From NCBI GenBank assembly GCA_021613535.1, contig CP075493.1, positions 14,074,001 through 14,138,000 on the forward strand: DNA of 64,000 nt, given 5' to 3'. Shown here piece by piece: positions 13,101 through 25,031 of the stretch. This stretch comes from Adineta vaga. Lineage: Eukaryota > Animalia > Rotifera. Every line of letters starts with the position of its first letter. The first letter of the stretch is position 1. A program made the position numbers and the translations under genes. The notes under the pieces were generated by a model, which did not search any database, was not told the DNA's origin, and worked only from the letters and a program-made list of their open reading frames with translations.

Positions 13101-14222
13101 CAACGTAGTTAGATATAAAACAAACGCACAAGGTGTTGATTTAAAATAACGAAGCATATCTATGTGTTCATGTAATGGCATTCTGCTACTGATCAAACTG
13201 GCATCACCTGAAGCAATAAGTTCGGCAACTGAAAACAATTGACCATGTGCATCGATCAATGGTGGAAGAATATAAACTAAATGAATGAATGAACTCTAAG
13301 TCAATTTCAAAAATAACGATAATTATTTATTACCATCTGATTTTGAATAACAAAGCGTTTGCTTAGTTAATCGATCAGCAACTATGGGAACCCGTGGCAT
13401 AAAGGTGAGAAATGGACCACGAAGTGCTGTAAAACAGAAAGCAAATCAATCAATAAAAAATACTAAGATAACATACGAATGCGACGATGATTATATCGAG
13501 CTGCAGGAAATTCAAGTCGTTCATATGGTTTTCGATTGCATTTCTTTATATAAACACTCATATGACCAATATCATCTGGTACTTGACGTCTCTTTAAAAT
13601 GAATAAAGCATATTATACTATGTACATCTCAATCGTTTACGTTATGTTGTGTAAGTGATCGTAGTTTAGGAAGACGATCATCAGTATTATCATGATTTGA
13701 TGACATAAATTCTTGTACTTCCTTTTCTTCCTTTGAATTATCGAAAAGCATTGCATCTTCTATAAAAAAAAATACATGAAATGATCAGTTATTTATGCAT
13801 TATAGTGAAAATGTAATAACACCGTTAAAGTCGATTATTTCTTATACAAAAAAGAGTTTTTGAGAATGAAAAGTGTTTTCTAATGTTAAAATTATCTACT
13901 CTTACTTGGTTCATTCTCTACAACAGTCTTCTTAGTCCACGACGATTCAGAAGAAATCAAGAACATTATCGAACTAGCCACAATGAAAACAAGCACTACA
14001 CCTGTGCAGATAATTTTCATTTTATTTTCTGAGAAAGTAGTCGACCAGGATGAACTAAACAAAAAGAATGTCGAAAAATATTTAACTTCATTGATTGAAT
14101 GTCACTGATACTCACTGTGTGTTTAGTTGATGTCTCTTTGTTGTATTCTTTGAAGCTAATTCTGCTGGCTTCTCGCCTGCATTCACTTCACTATATTTGA
14201 TTTTAGCTATTAATTGAGTCAT
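10113..14222 (-). CDS. Type II membrane-anchored multicopper oxidase (CotA/bilirubin-oxidase type) with long N-terminal extension. Proposed exons 14222-14116, 14054-13906, 13759-13641, 13591-13477, 13426-13334, 13276-13130, 13073-12822, 12550-12407, 11917-10113
   Basis: Copper motifs HHHG, WYHDH, HPVHVH, HCHNLIHEDDDMM in the last exon, which lacks an upstream in-frame ATG and is preceded by an acceptor (tttttaag). Upstream exons splice in frame. The oxidase call is secure; the 12407->11917 junction is the least certain. Confidence 0.75.
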
Positions 14223-16408
14223 TCAATACAGCGAAGTATCTAAAAGAAAAGATTTCTAGAATAACCACTTATCACGATAATAATGATATGTGAATTAACA
14301 TTATGGGAGTCTAAGTTGAAGATCTAGAAAAAAGATCAGCATACAACTGAGAACTTCTATCGTTTATGATTACCTTATAAAAGCTGATATAATAATTTGA
14401 TTTGTGTTCGTCACCATTTATAAAATGTCCTAAGAATCCATTTCTCTTTCATATTATCATCTTATCTAGTTTGCCCATAGAACGTTGCTACTTGCATCAC
14501 ATCTGACCTGTTAGATTGCATGTTCTTGATGACTTTGTATTCTTTTTTATTCAACTTTAACTTTTCGAATGTCCTGTTATCTCACAGATTAGCAAGTTTT
14601 TGTTTCATTTTTATTAACACGTGATTCTTTCTTCAAGTATTTTATCTCTCATGTGAATTTGAGAAGCATACTAGGGTAGCAACGTATTTATGTCCTCTCA
14701 CTTGACCTTATTTGCTCGCATTTTCTCTTCATCATTATTTATTCAGAGTTTTGCATCCTCTCATATTCATATTTATTATCACATGATTTGCTTTACAGGT
14801 GAATAAAGTTACTGGAAGCTTCGAGTTTTTGTTAGAAACGCACCAAACCTCAACTTTTTGAGTTTGGATATGAGTTTGGGTATGTAATTTACATTTCTGT
14901 GAGTCATAAGTATGCAAATCTTCGAAATCTGACTTCTACCCTACTCAAACTCAATACCGAAATTCAAACTCCCAAATAGTTTAGGTTTGAGTTTGAGGTT
15001 GGTGCATGTATAGATTTCTGCTGGTATTTGCCTAGAAATTTGGAATAGATATGTGAGTGTCGGGACAAATGGTAAATTCAATTCTGCACTCTCATGATTT
15101 AGTTTGAGAAAAAGGTCATCGGTCAAAAAACTAGAGGTTTCATTTGGAATAATGTGTGGATGGGTAGTTTCCCCAGCGTTTTGGGTGCAACCCCCAGTTT
15201 TAATCGATAACTCTTGTCTCAAGTTACAACATGAGAGTGCAGAATCATATTTGCTATGTATTCTCAAAGTCTTATAATCATTCTAAACTCCTGAGCGAAT
15301 GTTACAAGGATATATTGAGTGAAACTCCTAGCGGGAAAACTGCGTTTCGTACCACCTCGTCATTCTGAACTTCCGTAGCAGATGTCTCTTACGAACTCCT
15401 AACAAAAAACTATTCAAACTTTTATTCACGGATGTCGGAATGGAAACGACAGGATGTTCGTGAATAAGTTAAAGTTTACGCACTATCGAGAAAATTATAA
15501 GTAATACGCTAGTCTTCACAATATCATAGTCGATAAGAAAAATTAACAGAGATGTCCATGACGACGTCACCGCTGCCGACGTGGCGGTTGGCGGCGCACT
15601 AGCGGTCAATTTTGATCGTTACAATCTTCATGACTATATCATACACAGCAAAAAACATTCTATTCTGAACTCTGAATCGGCCCGCCACATGAATCTTATT
15701 TTTTCAGTTATGATCTTCCGTCCAGCAGTATTTATGAACTCATGCAAAAAATCGTGAAAAAAATTTTCATTCCAAACTTCCGGTCATGCTGAGAGATGTT
15801 CGTAAAGGGTGATACGAAACATGATTCACTCTTCCTAGCTTTTGATCAAATCCGCTGCAATGTTTGTTTTATCTAAATAAACTTAAAATATTTACTATTA
15901 TTCTTTCTTATAGATTGATGTTATGAATATTAGAAGACTCACCTGGTGGCGTAACTAGAATGTTGATAGTAGTGAGACTAAGCCCAACTGCCTGCTTTTT
16001 TTTCTGGTTAGGCCACTAGATTCAACTATATCATCATCATGTGTTCTCTCGAGAGAAAAATATGATATGAATATCACATGATAACATATGATATTCTATC
16101 CTTTTCTTTCCTCGTAGCACTGCATAAACTCTTGTTAGATAAACAATGTTATTGAGTTGCTTGCCGATTAGTTATAAACATTACATATATATATATATCT
16201 ACATATGAATCACAACAAACAACTGATTATATCACATATTACACAAAAACACATGACTATTTTAACACTTTATTATGAAATTCAACAGGCTATCCCGAAC
16301 TCATCTATTTTTTTATATACATGATAGCTTTTAATTATTATAAAAATGTTCTTTTTATATAATAATATTATAAGTCAATGTAAGAAAGATTCTTTTAGAG
16401 ATTTTCCA

Positions 16409-19400
16409 ATGAAACCAAACGACAAAATCATGACTGAACGAAATCAATTGAAACCAAAATATATGATAAGTACTGACGAACAATGCGAAGATTTCTCAGA
16501 CGATGCCGAATTAAATCAACAAGTATCATCTGAGTGAGTATTTAAAAGAGTAATGGATTATATAAACAGTTGCCCAATTTTGTTATTTATAGATCACAAA
16601 GATTGCATGCTTTTATTTCGACTAGATGGAAACATGTTTATAGAAGTCTTCTACTACTAGCTATTGTCGGTGGAATCATGATGTTGGTAATTCCACATTA
16701 CACACGGCACAATAAAAATAATAGTAGAAGCGACAATCAGGGTAAGCTACCCACAAAAGTTTTTGAAAGAAATATCTAAGAGATTCACAAGAAGAAAAAA
16801 TGAATTTAAGATCCTCTTGATTAAAGTGGTTTATTATTCGATGCATTTTTTCAGCGTAGTTTTTACTTTGGTCCATACCTATTTTGAAAACATTGTTATG
16901 ACGCTACTATCCTATAGTAGCTAGACATGCACTAAACCCATACGGTTTCAGTTTGGTAGGTTTGGATATACGAATTTGGATTTGGACTTGGGTATAGAGA
17001 TTGCGTTTGGATAGAGTCAAGGTCAAATTTCGAAACCTTGCATACTTATGACATACAGAAATGTTAATCACATATCCAAAGCCAAACTCAAACTTCTACA
17101 CCTAAGTCTACCGAATCTAAACTGATTAGTTCTGGTGCATGTCTATTACTAGAGGAAGAACCCGGCGTTGCAGATAAAGTTTTCATCTTTAGAGCATAAG
17201 AATGAGTTGCTTATATATGCATATTCTGACTTTATCTACACGTGCCTTCAGCAACACACTCACCTGTATCTTCAAGATGCGTATTCTATATTAATGTTTT
17301 TGTTTTTCATATATCATAGAGATATGGACTGGAAAGGAATACTTGAACATTGATGATCAACTTCCTCAATTACGATCAGGTTCAATACATGTGAGTATTT
17401 TGTAGATGGCGACACATGAGTTCAATGTTTTCTTTCTATTGACATTAGAGAAAACGTAAGACACCCAAAGATCTCGGTTACGTGGATATTTATATTCGTA
17501 AACGAACTAAAAAGGGTGGCTACCGAAAGTCGAAACCGCTTCGTTTTCCCGTCGCTCGTTATGAACGTCATCAGTTTCGTATGTAACACAAAATGCATCT
17601 ATTTCCTTGAATAATACGATCTGTTTTTAAAGCTTTTAATCGTCCATTGCTAAGTCTTGTACCTTGGGTTCCAGTATTCGTTGATCAACATACCCAGCAA
17701 ACAGTTATATATTCTCCAACTCAAGGCAGTATAAGTAAATATATTTTCAAAAATATTCATTGATGAATACTATTCTTATAGGCTATGTAATACCTCCATT
17801 GATAAACCATGATGGTGAACTTTATTCAGTTGGAGAATTAATTAAATATGGGCACGCTAGTTTAGCTAATAGTAGTAATCGAGCGATGTTTCCTTTGAAT
17901 ATGTTATCTAACTTTCACCAAAAACCATGTTTGTTTTTGTTTGTAATCTTTCTCTCTAGGTATTCTTTTTTGTGTACATAGTATATGGTCCTGGCGTACC
18001 GAGAATTAGCCCCGTAACAGGTAGTTTTATTGGTGGAATTCAAACAAATTATGAACATTTCGATATTCCCAAATATGGAAGCACATCTATGAACGATTAT
18101 TCTTTGCATCGATCACACTCTAAAGTAAAAGGACAAAAAGCAAAAGGAAAGAAAGTAGAAGAACAAGCAGTAGAAGAACAGGAAACAGAAGGAAAAGAAG
18201 CAGAAGAAGAAGATGATGAACAAGAAGCAGAAGAACAAGAAGCAGAGGAACAAGAAGCAGAGGAACAAGAAGCAGAGGAACAAGAGGCAGAGGAACAAGA
18301 CGAAGCAGAGGAACAAGAAGCAGAGGAACAAGACGAAGCAGAGGAACAAGAAGCAGAAGAAGAAGAAGAAGCAGATGCAGAAGCACAAAACAACAATGTT
18401 ATATATAAACCACTGTTATATCCTGCAAAACTCCATAAGAAACCGTACTCACACCCATCAAGTAATGTAAAACACATTATCGTACTCTCTTTCAAGATTG
18501 CAAGAGAGAAGAATATATTAAAATCTACATAATTTATTAATATGAGTAAGACTCGATCGAATAATAGAGTTCTATGAGTTAATAATATTCTATCATTCTT
18601 GAATAAAAACTGAGACTAAAAGACAAGTAATAGCTATTGTTAATGGGTAGATATGGATGACTGTGAGAAGAATATTGCTTTCTCATTGACGCCTCCGCGT
18701 TCTAAAGATCATCTTTTGATTTTCTCACCTTCTGCCTATAGATCATGGTATGAATGGACCTGTTCACAAATATGATAAAAATGCACATCGAATTGCATCA
18801 TCGTACAATAGTGTTGGTTATTCAACATTAAGTCTTTGTGGAAGACATCGTATTGATAAACTCAAAAGACGATATCTTTCGTCAAAGGTGCCCAACGTCA
18901 CACTTGGTGAGAAAAAATTAAAATATAAGAAAGATTTTAGTATCTTGTTTATGCACTTGCAAGAGTCAGATGTAAAATAGTGAAATCGAGAATCTAATAT
19001 TCATGAGAAGAATCATCCTATTTCGTAATGTTGAACTTTGCAGAATCAGTTCCGACCAATCCCTGAAATTGTTGAGAATCGGTAGAACTCGATTCCCGCC
19101 TGTGGATCGGATTTAGAGGATCGGTGCGATGCAGTTGATTCCTATAATTTTCAAAAATATACAAAAAATATCATCAAACTTTTTATTGAAGATGAAAGTG
19201 CGGAGAGCGCTGAAGTCAACGATTCAGGAAAACTAGAGAATTGCAAGTGTCAAAAACCAATTTTAACACCATCTGAACTGTATGAACATGGTCTCTTCAT
19301 CATTCGTATGTAAAAATTAAAGATTTAGATGTGCTGATATATTGAAAAAAAAATTTCTAGTTCATTTAACAAATGTAAGTGATAGCAGTGTTAAAAAAGC

Positions 19401-20454
19401 TTGTCAACGACTTCAACAACTGAAAGAATCGCTTCATCAATTACATCCCGATTTTGGCTTAGAAGTAACATTAGGACTTGGATATGATAAAACCAAAGAA
19501 TGGCTTTCTCAAGCAAACATTTCTTTTCCAAAAGCTTTTATTCGATTTAAAAGAAAACTTGGTCCCACAAAAAAAAACATGCCAAGCACAGGTAATGTAG
19601 TTTTCGTACGATTGAAAATGATTAAAAAATAAGTAATATTCTTATCTACAAATTAATATTTCAGGAGGAGACATTCTTGTTGATATTAGAAGTACTCGTA
19701 AAGATCTTTGTTTTGAATTAGGCCGACAATTCTATCAATTGATTTCTCCCGAATGCATCGAGAAATTAGATGATACATTTGGTTTTGCATATATGAGTTC
19801 TAAAAAAACAGGACTTGCAAAAGATTTTATAGGCTTTGAAGACGGAAATGATAATCCAGAAGGTTATACAGAAAGAGTATGTTATATTATTGAGATGAAC
19901 AACGTATTGTCTTATGTAATTTTTTCGATAGGCAGCAGCTGCACTTATAGGAGAACAAGACGATGAATTGATTCATGTTGGAGGATCTTATGCATTAACA
20001 CAGAAATGGTTCCATAACTTGACTAAATGGAATGAGTACGTTAATATTATTAGATATGATTGATTCGCAATGAAAAGTTTCTTTATAAATAATTAGGCTT
20101 TCCCAAATACACCAAGAACTTGTCATCGGAAGATCGAAAGGAGATGAAAGTATAGAAACAAAACCAAGAACAGATATATCTCATGTTGGTCGCGTACATC
20201 TCGAAGAAGAAGATGGTACAGAAATCGAAGTTGTTCGAAAATCTCTACCACATGGTGATGTGAGCAAGGGTGGACTTTTTTATATTGGATTTGCATCAAA
20301 TACACAAAAACACGAAAGACAACTTAATAGTATGGTTGGCAATGAAAATGGTGTTTATGATCGATTAATGGATTATTCAACACCACATACAGGAAATTAT
20401 TGGTATATTTGTTCAAAATCTGTGTATGAACGATTGTTTTCCTCGAAAAATTAG
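16409..20454 (+). CDS. Type II membrane-anchored DyP-type (dye-decolorizing) heme peroxidase with long N-terminal extension. Proposed exons 16409-16533, 16593-16741, 17320-17390, 17449-17578, 17633-17725, 17782-17928, 17982-18461, 18742-18906, 19192-19305, 19361-19591, 19665-19876, 19932-20035, 20097-20454
   Basis: DyP motifs MPSTGGDI, GFEDGNDNP (GxxDG), GGSYALTQKW.HNL..W, QELVIGRSK, SHVGR, VVRKSLPHG, GLFYIGF, DRLMDYS...TGNYWY; all junction phases are compatible from the first ATG. Confidence 0.8.
16922..17145. mobile_element. MITE-like element in intron 2 of the DyP gene
   Basis: Terminal inverted repeat TAGACATGCAC...GTGCATGTCTA with internal inverted gtttgg/ccaaac motifs; a related decayed end (ggtgcatgtata) near 15001-15012; no clear TSD. 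Confidence 0.6.
18157..18382 (+). repeat. Coding 15/18-nt tandem repeat (gaacaagaagcagag) encoding EQEAE/EQDEAE
   Basis: Directly visible array inside exon 7 of the DyP gene; it generates several spurious ORFs in other frames. Confidence 0.9.
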
Positions 20455-21448
20455 TAGAACTTTTCTTTGTATGATTTAAAGACACTCAAGTTTTTTTTTT
20501 GAAACTATAAATCAAGCAGTTAGCCATTGTAATGTAAAGAAAAAAAGAGAGATAATGGACATGCGACGTTTTTTTTCTGCAAAAGTCATAAAGAAAACTA
20601 CTGCTTTGTTGCGATTCATATTGATTCATTAATTTCTGCGCTTGAAAGAAAACAATAAATTGACGATCGTTACTCTTCTACGTAAAACTTATATTGATAG
20701 TAGAAATTCATTTCGGAAATAATTCTAGTTACGATTCTGACGTCGTTACCATCATTTTAAAAGGTAAAACCGTTTGTATTATGATGATCAATGTTACAAA
20801 GCGATGGATAATCGAAATAAATGATAATAACTTCGTTGGTAATTACTCATAAAATACTGTCTAAAAAGGATGGGCATACTATGATTAGAAAACGGTAATT
20901 ACTGAAAATCGATGTGAAGTACTTTGATAAAGCGTCCATAAAAAAGCATTTGTTAATCTCTATTTACATTGAAATATAGATCTTGAACATTCATAAAGAA
21001 AAATCACATTTCCTTTATATTAAAATGAAGTTACGTAAGGTAAATAAGAACTGGAGTATCTTATAGTTAAGCATGTCCATGTATTTCATTCTTACAGTCT
21101 GAAGATGATGAGAACTTTATGTAGTATTGTTAGTCCAAATGAACTCATTGCTTCAGCCGTATTACCACTTGTATACCAATTGAATCTGATTTTGAACATG
21201 TATTTAAAACAAGTACTACTCATGAACATCTCGATCAAACTAAAACACAATTTTGGCAATATGCACCGAACTATGTCACTATGTACAGTGCTGCAGCGGA
21301 TGATCAATTTCTATAGTAGTGAAAAATGTATTTCCTTCATTGAATCATCAGATAAAAATAGGCGATTTAGTTCAATTTACTATTAATGAATTATTTCAAA
21401 GGAAATTTATTAATGAACATGATGGAATTAGTAATGCTCGAATTAAGT

Positions 21449-24400
21449 TTATTTTCGAAATTTGAGAACTGTATCTAATGCATTTTGTAGATTTTGTTCT
21501 CTTGTTTCAATCCAATGAATATTCATCTTGACTTGATCAATTGCTTGTTGGCGGGCGATTTGTCCAACACCAGCATTTGGATATTTTGTAAATAGTTCAT
21601 TCATCTTAAACAGAAAATAATGTTTAGATAAGGAAATATTGAAGTTTTTACTTCATCAAGATAAGATTCCTTTTCAAATGAACGTGTAATTGAAAGTATA
21701 GCCGAACCAAATCGATAATTTTGTAATGTAAAACTAAAAATTCAAACACATTAGAAAGAAATTTCTTTCATGATATTCAAAAATTCTAACGTATTGATTA
21801 AATTTGCATAGTTATTCTTATAAAAATTCCAAACAATTTCTCTTCCAATTCCATGTCGACTCATATAACCCATCATAGTAAAATAATCTTGACGTCTTAT
21901 TGTATTTGATCCATCTGTTAGTCCCTCATTGAGTAACCTTATTCAAAACAACATAAAATATTGCTGATATTACATTTAGAAAGAATTTCCTTACCGATTC
22001 AATCGATCTCTATTCTGTGTTGAACTAATTGCCATTAAAGCACGTGTTTGTTCATGTGATGATGTTGCTATTTGATAATAGTTCAACATTTGATTCCAAT
22101 CATTCTCATTCTCGTCACTTCTTAAATGATAGGTATATACAGTGGATAAGAAATCTGCAGGAATACTAAATATAAATGAATGTATTCTATTCTTAATTTC
22201 AATGATTTTAAACAATGTTTTACTCAATATTGATATTGCTATTGTTAAAATATTCTTTCGGAATTGATTGAAATAACATACTGGCTTTTAGTATTGCAGG
22301 AACATGATTCATTCGACAGAGTAATGCAAATCGTAAACTTTTGACTAATTTTGAATTATGATTGTCATTTAAATGAAAGATTATGATATTTTCAAGTGTC
22401 ACATCATTCGAAAGAATTTGTTGAATTGTAAAATTCTAAATAAAAACCATCAGATTCAAAAAGAACGCATCTTTTTCTTATTACTTGAAATGTCATCAAT
22501 GTATCAGGTAGATAATCGATGAGATCTACTAAAATATCCCAATGATATTGAAACGTTCTCCAATGAACATATTCCGTTATATTTTGTTCTCCTAATGAAT
22601 TTATAATTCGTAATGGTTCATGATAATCGATTAAACCTTTATAAGCAAGTAGAAAAGTATCCTGAATGAAATTGATTTTATCTTCATTGGAAAAAAACTA
22701 AAATAAAAATGATAAAAACTGATGAAAAGAAGAGTTTATTTACTGTTGGTTCCGATTGGATAACCGATGTAAAACGTTCGGATGAAAATGAATATTTTGT
22801 CACGTGAAAACTTTGAAAATCACGATTACATTTAATCCATGAATAAGTCTTGTTCGATATTGTTCGTGTCTCTTGTTCATTTTCAAGAATAAAATTGATT
22901 CGCTCATGATCAATATCAGAATCGGAATAATTTCCACCGAGAATACAATCTAGATTGATTTTCCAACGGTAATTCTTATTTAAATTTGATATATCAAATA
23001 TATCGGATAAAATGAAACGTGATTGAGTAAATGATAGTTTCGTTGATTTATCTTCATTCGTTAAATCAATGTTAACTAACGGATAATTCATTTCATTTAA
23101 CCAACTTTTCATAAATTCTTTTCCATTTGTTCGATTATTTAATGTTCTATTAAAAAATCGGTTTAAATCACCAACATTAAATGCATTGCTTCTTAAATAT
23201 TCTTGTAGATTTTCACGAAAAACTTCTTCACCAACTATTTTATTTAACATACGCATCAAACTTATTCCTTTTGAATACGCTAATCCATCAAGATAACTCA
23301 AGATTTCCGATATACTTGTCGCATTTTCCACCACAATCGAATGAGAATATGGTTTGGCATCATCCCACATGATTGGTATTGTATCGTCCGTTAAGATTTG
23401 TAATTCCTTTTGAAAACATGAAAATGAATAGTACTCATCTCATTCTTTCTTACCATATTCCAATCAGCATACTTTTCTGCGAATGTTTTTCGACAAAGCC
23501 AACTAATCATAACTTCACTGAACCAAAGATCATTCCACCATTGAAATGTGACATAATTTCCAAACCCTAAATCAAATTTTTTACTTCACGAAAAGGTATG
23601 AAGTTCAACTTACAAGAATGACCAATTTCATGAGCAACAATATCTGCATATTGTTGTTTTTGTAATAGAGTTGCAATTTTTTCATTATAAATTATTCGTT
23701 CTTCACGAAATGTAATTAAACCGGAACTTTCCATTGCCGTCGATCCCATATCATAAATCGCCAAAATATCTAATGAATCTGATTGAAAATCTTTACATCT
23801 CAACTCATTAAGTTACCTTTTTTTGGAGGTAAAGCTTCGGTAATATTGAAATATGTTTTATAAAATGGAATTGCAGTTGAAGCAATATCAAATGCTAATC
23901 TCGAATGATTTTGTTCTGTTAGTTCTCGTCGAGCCCATATTGTTATCTAAATTCAATTCATCACAGGCAATTCTTTTCAATAGCATACAAAATTCGTCTA
24001 CCGTTGGTGATTGATCACTATCCGAGACTTTTCCATATGTATCGGGAAGAATTGCCCAAGAAGCAACATAAGTACTCATACGAAATGTTTCAGCAAATAT
24101 TGTATGACGTAAATTATCTTCAACGGTTTGTTTGATCTTTAATAAAAAGAATTTATAGTTTTAATTGAGAGAAAAATGATAACATACAATAGGAAAATTG
24201 GCTAAAGCAATTGTATTTTGAGGATGACGAATTGTGAGTTTAAATTGAGCTTTGATATGTGGTTCGTCAAAACAAGGAAATGCTCTTCGAGCTTCGGTTG
24301 CTCGAAGTTTTGTTGCTAATAATGTACTAAATAGAGAATTGTTTAACTCTTTCAGATGTTTCGATTCAAATTACATACCCATTTATTTGATTTTTATCGG

Positions 24401-25031
24401 GAAAAAAACTTTGATAAAAACCAATACTAGGATTTTTTAGATTGATGACGAATTTTTGTGTTAATTTATATTGATTTGTTGAAAATAAAGAATTATTTAC
24501 TAAACGTAAACTTATGTAATCATTTGGAAGGTATCTTTTCATGATTAGAGAATGTTGAAGACCATTTTCTAATAGAATTGGTTCTTCAATTTCAACCATA
24601 TCTCTTGCATGATAAATTAATTGTTTTATTGGTTTTTTTAAATTAAAATCAATTGTAACTTGTCCTTTCATAGTTATTTCTTGGATATCATTACAGATAT
24701 ATTCTAATTCATAACTATTAACAAGTAAATCAGTTAATAAACGTGATTGACATTCATCTTCAATACATTCAGTTGGATTTTGTGTTACTGTACTTGATGA
24801 TGATGATGATGATGGTGGTGATACGGTTTCAAGGACAGTAATATATTTTGTTCGTCGTGGAAGAAGGCCAGCTAATAAACCAACAGTAAGAAGAGATGCA
24901 CAATAAAAAAAGATGGCAATGATAATCCATGATTTTGGTAATTGACGTAATGATGAAAAGCGAGTATTTCTTCGACTATTTCTTTCTGATTCACCTAAAT
25001 CAAAACTTTTTTTTGATCGACTCATTGGCAT
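21449..25031 (-). CDS. M1-family aminopeptidase (aminopeptidase N/ERAP-like), type II membrane, multi-exon
   Basis: N-terminal TM and Ser/Thr stalk; ARRAFPCFDEP, MSTY, TAMESSGLITFRE, HEIGH-x18-E, AYSKG; ERAP1-C-like region ending QVKMNIHWI. Confidence 0.9.

Noticed and set aside
18097-18495. ORFs rich in SASCS, CFLFL, LLVP and NKKQR
   Set aside because: Alternative-frame and antisense readings of the EQEAE tandem repeat
20400-20454. Encapsulin cargo-loading peptide on the DyP
   Set aside because: No GSL.IGSL-like C-terminal tail and no encapsulin gene in the window
20990-21386. ORF 21105-21386 and a nearby exon-like segment
   Set aside because: No recognisable motif; the protein-like frame contains stops
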